Of a stretch of DNA of 27,245 nucleotides, positions 7,181 through 13,263 are shown in pieces (the first letter of the stretch is position 1; the number at the start of each line of letters is the position of its first letter). The notes beneath the pieces are model-generated. The model had not been told where the DNA came from. It ran no database searches and was given only the letters and a program-made list of their open reading frames with translations. This DNA is from an uncultured Anaerolineae bacterium (GTDB taxonomy: Bacteria > Chloroflexota > Anaerolineae > J036 > Brachytrichaceae). The stretch covers positions 1 through 27,245 of the forward strand of contig CAZVQE010000002.1 of assembly GCA_964628875.1 (NCBI GenBank). The letters run 5' to 3'. A program made the position numbers and the translations under genes.

Positions 7181-8995
7181 CTATTTGCTCCATGAAGCAA
7201 TATTCCACATTTCGCTGTCCCATGGGCTGAGCGCTACACCCTTGAGGTCTTTTGCGATTCCAGAGGGTGACTTGCGTGCAACCAATGGCACAACAATGTA
7301 GTCATTAACCAAGAGGTCGTTCATCTTCAAGACGATCTCTTTGTTCTTTGCGGCGTCGGTGGTCTTTTCGAGCTCCTCGCACAGCTTGTCAAACTCGGCA
7401 TTCTTGTAGCGCACGTTGTTTGCCTTGCGCCAGCCATTGTCCTTGCCCGCGATGTCGCGGCTGTGCCAACCACAAATGTAATCGGTAGCATCTGGTACGC
7501 CTGAGCCGTTGGTGTACATCTGGATGTCATGATAGAACTTGCCGATCGTGTCTGGACTGTTGGCATCTGTGCTGAAGTACACGCCGGCGTCCACGCTCTT
7601 TAGCTCGGTGTCAATGCCTAGTTTTGCCCAAGCCTCTTTCATCAGGGCTTGCTCTTTTTGACGCAATGGGTTGATCGAAGTAATAAAGTCAATCTTGAAC
7701 TTCTTACCATCTTTTTCTAGGATGCCATCCGCGCCTTTCTTCCAACCCGCATCCGCGAGCAACTTTGCGGCGCCATCAAAATCTGCCGTAGAGCATTTGT
7801 TGCGTCCGCCGTGCAATTGATCAGGAGCCATATAGGGCTGCCAAGTGATGATTTCGCAGGTGGGGTCACCGGCCGGTCCATACAGCGTCTCTGCCATGAC
7901 TTTGCGATCAATCACCATTGACATGGCTTGGCGCACGCGCTTGTCGCTAAAGAAGAAGTTGGTTGTGCCGACTTCGGCGCGCTTGTCACCAGCGGCGGCG
8001 GTGTTATCTGTCGTGTTAAACATGATGCGCTCTACGTTTGAACCGCTTGAGCTCATCAATGTGCCTTTGCCGCCCTGTTGCAATTGAGCCAAGACCGCGG
8101 CTTCGACTTGCAAGTTCCAACCATAGTCGGTGTCGCCCGTTTGGAACACGGCGCGCGCGGCGCTAGTAGCATCGCCACCACCCTTAAAGATCACATCCTT
8201 GAAGAAGGGCTGATCGGCGACGTGATAATTCATATTCACATCATAGGTCACCGTGTCGCCACTCTTAAATTCTTTGAGCTTATAGGGTCCTGTGCCAATA
8301 GGTGCGTTGTTTGCCTTTTGGCAGGCTTCGTCTTTGCTGGCGGCTGCGCCGATGCACTTTTCAAATTGCTTCTTTTGCAAGATGGCTGCGCCCGAGCTAA
8401 CAAAGGTCTTGTAGAAGTAACCTTGTGGAGCCTCATAAGTAATCTTTACCGTCGTAGGATCCACTGCTTCGACTTTGGTCACACCACCAAACTTGCTTGA
8501 GTTGGTGCAGCCGGTGTCTTTGTCGGTGCAATATTTCCAAGTAAAAACAACGTCATCGGCGGTGAAGTCTGTGCCATCTGTCCACTTCACGCCCTTCTTT
8601 AGCTTCCATGTAATTTCTTTGCCATCCGCCGACACGCCACCGTTGGCTTTTGTTGGAATCTCAGCCGCAAGCACAGGCACGGGGCTGCCGTTTGGAGCGA
8701 TGGCTGCCAATGGCTCGAGCATCAAGCGTGATGCGTCATAGTCCTTGGTGCCGTTTGCCAAGTGCACGTTGAGGATGGTTGGCGCCTGCCAATACAAAAT
8801 GCGCAGTGTGCCACCCGTGCCGCGCTTGCCCGTTGCCGGTGCAGCTGGCGCCGCCGGTGCGGCTGGAGCAGCGGGAGCTGCAGGCGCGGCTGGTGCCGCG
8901 GGTGCTGCAGGCTTGGCTGGCTCTGGTGTTGGCGATGCGCATGCCGCCAACACAATGGCGACCGCGCTGGTTGCAAATAACCATTGCTTATTCAT
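7181..8995 (-). CDS. Family-5 (Opp/Dpp) ABC solute-binding lipoprotein, canonical domain order (start moved to ATG 8995)
   Basis: AGGAG RBS before MNKQWLF; lipobox LAAC; GGTLRIL, WKLKKGVKWTDG..FTADDVVFTW, IGTGPYKL, DKRVRQAMSMVIDR. Confidence 0.93.
   Translation of the reverse strand: MNKQWLFATSAVAIVLAACASPTPEPAKPAAPAAPAAPAAPAAPAAPAAPAAPATGKRGTGGTLRILYWQAPTILNVHLANGTKDYDASRLMLEPLAAIAPNGSPVPVLAAEIPTKANGGVSADGKEITWKLKKGVKWTDGTDFTADDVVFTWKYCTDKDTGCTNSSKFGGVTKVEAVDPTTVKITYEAPQGYFYKTFVSSGAAILQKKQFEKCIGAAASKDEACQKANNAPIGTGPYKLKEFKSGDTVTYDVNMNYHVADQPFFKDVIFKGGGDATSAARAVFQTGDTDYGWNLQVEAAVLAQLQQGGKGTLMSSSGSNVERIMFNTTDNTAAAGDKRAEVGTTNFFFSDKRVRQAMSMVIDRKVMAETLYGPAGDPTCEIITWQPYMAPDQLHGGRNKCSTADFDGAAKLLADAGWKKGADGILEKDGKKFKIDFITSINPLRQKEQALMKEAWAKLGIDTELKSVDAGVYFSTDANSPDTIGKFYHDIQMYTNGSGVPDATDYICGWHSRDIAGKDNGWRKANNVRYKNAEFDKLCEELEKTTDAAKNKEIVLKMNDLLVNDYIVVPLVARKSPSGIAKDLKGVALSPWDSEMWNIASWSK
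8840..8911 (-). repeat. (Pro-Ala-Ala)x8 linker repeat in the SBP
   Basis: Eight 9-bp units encode PAA with almost fully diversified synonymous codons. Confidence 0.9.
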
Positions 8996-9043
8996 TTGAA
9001 ACTCTTCTCCTTGAATTAATGTTTTTAATGCGCAGAATGCAAA

Positions 9044-9124
9044 ACGCCGCAATGAAGCCACTCGACTTGTTATTCGAGGGCACTCATCGCGGCGTATGTG
9101 TTCTGAGCAATGCGCGCGATTATA
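9044..9124 (-). promoter_or_regulatory. Putative -10 box plus long leader hairpin upstream of the first SBP
   Basis: TATAAT at 9124-9119; 52-nt imperfect hairpin 9095-9044 (ACGCCGC/GCGGCGT outer stem, CTCGA/TCGAG inner stem) running into TTTT. Confidence 0.5.
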
Positions 9125-9177
9125 TACGAGTCTTTAGGATTTTTGGTGAATAAATATTGTGAGTGCCGAAATTGGTA

Positions 9178-10119
9178 TCAGGCGCGGCGTGCATCGAGCG
9201 CATCACGTAAACCATCGCCGAGTAAATTAAACGCCAATACAGTGATGATGATAGCGATGCCGGGAAATATCAGTAGATGCGGCGCGCTAAAAACGCTCGC
9301 GCGTTCGTCGCCCAGCATCAAGCCCCATTCTGGCAAAGGTGGCTGCGCACCCAAACCAAGAAACGACAAACCGGCTGCCTCAAGGATCGTCGTTGCGATT
9401 CCCAGCGTGCCCTGCACGATGATCGGTGTGAGTGAATTGGGTAGCAAGCGCGTGAAAAGGATGCGCATCTTTGAGGCGCCTAGCGCAGTAGAGGCTGATA
9501 TGAAATCTAACTCACGGATGCTGAGCACCGCCGCGCGCACGATACGCGCATAAACGGGAATCGAAACGATGCCGACGGCGAGTAGCGTGTTAATTAGTCC
9601 GTTGCCTAGCACGGTGACGATGGCAATCGCGAGTAGCAAACTCGGAAACGCCAACAGCACGTCCATGATGCGCATGATGATGTTGTCAAGCCAGCCGCCG
9701 ACATAGCCCGCAATTGCGCCCAATAGCGTGCCGATCAAGATCGCAAAACCTGTCGTGACGAATCCGATTTGCAAAGACAAGCGCGATCCGTAAATCACGC
9801 GCGAAAAAACGTCGCGCCTGTTGCTGTCGAGTCCAAAGAGTGACTCGGGTTTATCCGCATCGCAACCACCCAAAATATGCACACACGGCGCGTATCGCGT
9901 CGTCGTGCCGGGTATGCGAATTTGATCTTCGTAACTGTGAGGTGCAATAAAGTCCGCAAAGATGGCGACAAACACAACAAATCCGAGCAGCGCCATTCCA
10001 ATCTGTGCCGAGTGGTGTCGCAATAGCCGCCGCATCATGCGGCGAAATGGCGATTGTGTTTTGACCTTTGACGCGGCGTGAATCGAAGCGGATGAGGATG
10101 TGGCAGTGGCTAAACGCAT
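9178..10119 (-). CDS. Peptide ABC transporter permease, DppC type
   Basis: RDVFSRVIYGSRLSL, IIMRIMDVLLAFPSLLLAI, EAA loop DFISASTALG..ILFTRLLPN, NLLGDGLRDALD. Confidence 0.93.
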   Translation of the reverse strand: MRLATATSSSASIHAASKVKTQSPFRRMMRRLLRHHSAQIGMALLGFVVFVAIFADFIAPHSYEDQIRIPGTTTRYAPCVHILGGCDADKPESLFGLDSNRRDVFSRVIYGSRLSLQIGFVTTGFAILIGTLLGAIAGYVGGWLDNIIMRIMDVLLAFPSLLLAIAIVTVLGNGLINTLLAVGIVSIPVYARIVRAAVLSIRELDFISASTALGASKMRILFTRLLPNSLTPIIVQGTLGIATTILEAAGLSFLGLGAQPPLPEWGLMLGDERASVFSAPHLLIFPGIAIIITVLAFNLLGDGLRDALDARRA

Positions 10120-10136
10120 GATTTTGCTGATGTCAT

Positions 10137-11213
10137 TTATTGCACGCGGATGCGCGGATTCAAATAAGCGTACGAAAAGTCCACAGCCAGATTCACCAAA
10201 ACAAACATGAGCGCAATCACAACTGTAAAGCCTTGTACGACGGGATAGTCGCGTGACAAGATTGCGTCAATGAGTTTGGTGCCCATGCCGGGCAGCGCAA
10301 AGGTCGTCTCGGTCAGCACTGCGCCCGACAGCAAGCCGCCAAATTGCAAACCGATGACGGTCACAATGGGGACGAGAGCATTACGAAATGCGTGCTTCAT
10401 GATGACCACCCACTCGCGCAGTCCTTTGGCGCGCGCGACTCGGATGTAGTCTTGTGTAAAGACATCAAGCATAGCGGCGCGGGTCATGCGCGCGATGATG
10501 GCTAATGAGACTGTGCCAACTGTGACCGTCGGCAATATAAGGTGTCGTAGCGCATCAACAAAAACATTCCATTTGCCCTGTATCGCGCTGTTGAGCAACA
10601 CCGAGTTAGACGCAAACAGCAGGATGAATCGGCGCGCACCTTCGGGGTTTTCGATGTTCCAGTATTTCAGCAGTGAGGGCAGGTCCGTGCCGGGTTGTAG
10701 GCGCGCCGAGGGCGGCAATTGCAATGGCGTGCCAGCCAATGTGAGCGCAAAAAAATAAGCGAGTAAGAGCCCAAGCCAAAAAATCGGCATTGAGATGCCC
10801 ACATTTGCAAAAACCATTGAGGCAATATCAACGGCGCTGTTGTGCCGCACCGCTGAGATGACCCCCAGCGTGACCCCAAGCATCGTCGAAAATAATGTCG
10901 CAAAAACGGTCAGTTCAATGGTCATCGGCAGGCGTTCGGCAATGACGTCAGTGACAGCACGGCCTTCTTTGATCGAGTTGCCGAGGTCGCCCTGCGCCAA
11001 ATTCTGCAGATAGCGCCCAAATTGGACGGGGATGCTGTCATTCAAGCCAAAGCGCTCCTTAAATGCAAAGCACTTTTCTGGTGTGGCTTTTTCGCCGAGC
11101 ATCACGACGCATGGATCGCCCGGAATCAAACGCGCCAGCGTAAATGTCATCACCAAGATGCCTATAAGTACGGGAATGAGTAGCGCCATTCGGCGTATGA
11201 GAAATTGCGACAT
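10137..11213 (-). CDS. Peptide ABC transporter permease, DppB type
   Basis: LIPGDP, GDLGNSI, RLPMTIEL, HLILPTVT, EAA loop DYIRVARAKGL..HAFRNAL, RDYPVVQG, LNPRIR. Confidence 0.93.
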   Translation of the reverse strand: MSQFLIRRMALLIPVLIGILVMTFTLARLIPGDPCVVMLGEKATPEKCFAFKERFGLNDSIPVQFGRYLQNLAQGDLGNSIKEGRAVTDVIAERLPMTIELTVFATLFSTMLGVTLGVISAVRHNSAVDIASMVFANVGISMPIFWLGLLLAYFFALTLAGTPLQLPPSARLQPGTDLPSLLKYWNIENPEGARRFILLFASNSVLLNSAIQGKWNVFVDALRHLILPTVTVGTVSLAIIARMTRAAMLDVFTQDYIRVARAKGLREWVVIMKHAFRNALVPIVTVIGLQFGGLLSGAVLTETTFALPGMGTKLIDAILSRDYPVVQGFTVVIALMFVLVNLAVDFSYAYLNPRIRVQ

Positions 11214-11220
11214 GGGCTGT

Positions 11221-11259
11221 AAAAAAACTCGGAGGTCAATTCAACCCCCGAGTTTTTTT
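11221..11259 (-). terminator. Intrinsic terminator-like hairpin between the SBP and dppB-like gene
   Basis: Minus strand A7-CTCGGGGGT-loop-ACCTCCGAG-T7; one G-U pair on the coding strand. Confidence 0.75.
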
Positions 11260-11275
11260 GATCAAAAATGTGAGG

Positions 11276-13030
11276 TTATTTCTTGGCGTTCAAAAAGTCG
11301 CCGAAGTAGCCGCTCCAATACTCAAACGTGCCGGTGTCACCCTTGTGCAGGGGGTGTGAGGCATCCCACATGCGCGCAAATGACAACACAACATCATTGG
11401 CATCCAATACTGCGCCATTGGTGAATTTCACACCCTTGCGGAGGGTGAATGTCCACTCGGTCGCGTCTGGATTGGCTTTGTATTCCGTAGCCAATTGCGG
11501 CGCCAATTCCACCGTGCCTGGCTTGAAGCCAAGCAGTTGCTCGTAGATCTGACCGCACGCGCTAAAGGTCTCACCGTCGCTCTCGTCTGCGCAATCGAGG
11601 CTGATCGGCTCAGCCGCTTGCACGTAAACAAAGGTGTCCTTCGCGCCTTTCATCTTCGAATACTCATTTGGCGTCAGCGGGTTGGCGTGTGCGCCATCAA
11701 CTGAGGCTTGAAATGCCTGAGCCGAGTAGCCATGAGCCACTGGAATCATCGGCACGTGCGTCTTGAGCAATTCATTCAGTTTGTCATACGCGGCTTGGCG
11801 CTTGGCGCCATCGCTGTTGGTTGCGCCGATCTTGATCTGCTCAAGGATGTCTGGGAACGGCTTCCCAAATTGCTTGCTGCCTGTGCCAAAGTGATAGTCA
11901 AAAAAGTTGGTCGCATCCGGATAGTCCGCGCCCCAACCCAGCAAATAAAATGGCTCTTCGCCGGCTGACGCGCTCTTGATAAACGTGCCGCTCTCCTTCG
12001 GGGTCAGCTTCACCTTGACGCCGATTTGCTTGAGCTGTGCCTGAATCTCTTGCGCAACTTTGGCGGGCGAGGGCAAGTACACGCGCACGACTTCGCGGTA
12101 GCTCAGCGGCACTTCTTGATTGAAGTCGAATTTGGCTTCCTCGAGCAATGCTTTGGCTTTCTTGGCGTCAAAGTCCGACCACGGAATATTTGGCGACGCA
12201 CCCGGCTTAAAGCTGGGCGGCACGAAATTCGTCGCCACCAATGAACCGGCTGGATAGTAGTCATCTACGATCTTCTTGCGGTCGAGCGCCATTGCAAATG
12301 CTTGGCGCACTTTCTCATTGTTAAATGGCGCTTTGTCAACTTGGAAGCCAACATACATGATGTTGAGTGGCTCGACAGGCACGAGTTTGAGCTTGGCGTC
12401 CTTCTTGACCGCGTCAAAATCTTCGGTCGCAACCTTTTCGATGCCGTCGGCGTTGCCCGACTTTAGCTCGAGCAGCGCTTGAGCGGCTTCTTTGCTCCAG
12501 CGCAATACAAGCCCTTTGTTTTTGAGCGCGCCGCCCCACCAATCTGAGTTGGCTTCAAACGTCAGGCTGTCGCCGCGCTTCCACTCTTTGAGCTTGTATG
12601 GGCCCGTGCCGATGGCCATATCGTTGATCTTCTTGGCGTCGCCGCCGGTCTTCTCCAGCACATCCTTTTGGAGAATGGCAAATGCGGAGGTCGTGACCTT
12701 ATATGGCAGCGCAGGGTCTGGATCGCACACGGTGAACTTCACCGTATTCGCATCAATAGCTTCGATGGATTTCATCGCTCCGCCATACTTGCAGTCAGGC
12801 GCAGCTACCTTCATGCCCTTAAACTCAGCGGGCTTGGGCGCGTCGGTTGGCTTGGGGGCTGCGGTCGGCGCGGGCGCAGTTGTTGGCGCAGGCGCTGCGG
12901 TTGGCGCCGCAGGCTTCGGAGCATCGGTTGGCTTTGGCGCTGCGGTCGGCGTGGGTGACGCGCATGCTGCCAAAACCATCGAGGTCGCCGCAATCATTCC
13001 AGCGACCGTCATCACTCGGTTTTGTTTCAT
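11276..13030 (-). CDS. DppA-like family-5 ABC solute-binding lipoprotein, circularly permuted
   Basis: AAGGAG RBS, lipobox LAAC, Pro/Thr/Ala linker, IGTGPYKLKEW and KVRQAFAMALDR. The usual N-terminal block (TFVY..EPxSLD, IYEQL, WTFTLRKGVKF.NG..LDANDVVLSF) is at the C-terminus. Confidence 0.92.
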   Translation of the reverse strand: MKQNRVMTVAGMIAATSMVLAACASPTPTAAPKPTDAPKPAAPTAAPAPTTAPAPTAAPKPTDAPKPAEFKGMKVAAPDCKYGGAMKSIEAIDANTVKFTVCDPDPALPYKVTTSAFAILQKDVLEKTGGDAKKINDMAIGTGPYKLKEWKRGDSLTFEANSDWWGGALKNKGLVLRWSKEAAQALLELKSGNADGIEKVATEDFDAVKKDAKLKLVPVEPLNIMYVGFQVDKAPFNNEKVRQAFAMALDRKKIVDDYYPAGSLVATNFVPPSFKPGASPNIPWSDFDAKKAKALLEEAKFDFNQEVPLSYREVVRVYLPSPAKVAQEIQAQLKQIGVKVKLTPKESGTFIKSASAGEEPFYLLGWGADYPDATNFFDYHFGTGSKQFGKPFPDILEQIKIGATNSDGAKRQAAYDKLNELLKTHVPMIPVAHGYSAQAFQASVDGAHANPLTPNEYSKMKGAKDTFVYVQAAEPISLDCADESDGETFSACGQIYEQLLGFKPGTVELAPQLATEYKANPDATEWTFTLRKGVKFTNGAVLDANDVVLSFARMWDASHPLHKGDTGTFEYWSGYFGDFLNAKK

Positions 13031-13063
13031 TCTATTTTCTCCTTCTGTTGATTAACAAAAACA

Positions 13064-13104
13064 CGCGAGCGACATCGCTCGCGCACTAAAGCAAAAACAT
13101 TATA
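13064..13104 (-). promoter_or_regulatory. Putative -10 box plus short leader hairpin upstream of the second SBP
   Basis: TATAAT at 13104-13099; CGCGAGCG-atgt-CGCTCGCG (13083-13064) followed by TGTTTTTGTT. Confidence 0.45.
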
Positions 13105-13163
13105 GTCCTTTGTCAGCATGCTGGCTGAGCTTCTACAGAGACTTCCTAAATGGGCAGGGTGAC

Positions 13164-13238
13164 GTCATTCCCGCGAAAGCGGGAATCCAGTATGCCGCTT
13201 AGATTTGCGCACTGCATGCCCGCCTACGGACGCATGAC
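13164..13238. repeat. GTCAT...ATGAC palindromic element with a dRS3-like core
   Basis: GTCATTCCCGCGAAAGCGGGAATCCAG...degenerate right arm CATGCCCGCCTACGGACGCATGAC; contains ATTCCC-N8-GGGAAT. Confidence 0.75.
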
Positions 13239-13263
13239 AGTTATTCGTTACCTTTCCATTTCC

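Noticed and set aside
8722-9153. Cluster of short ORFs over the PAA linker, including a (GAA)n Gly-Ala repeat peptide at 8745..8999(+)
   Set aside because: Alternative-frame and antisense readings of the same 9-bp repeat.
12492-13089. Antisense ORFs over the second SBP (187 aa at 12492..13055)
   Set aside because: Mirror of the Pro/Thr/Ala linker codons; no independent evidence.
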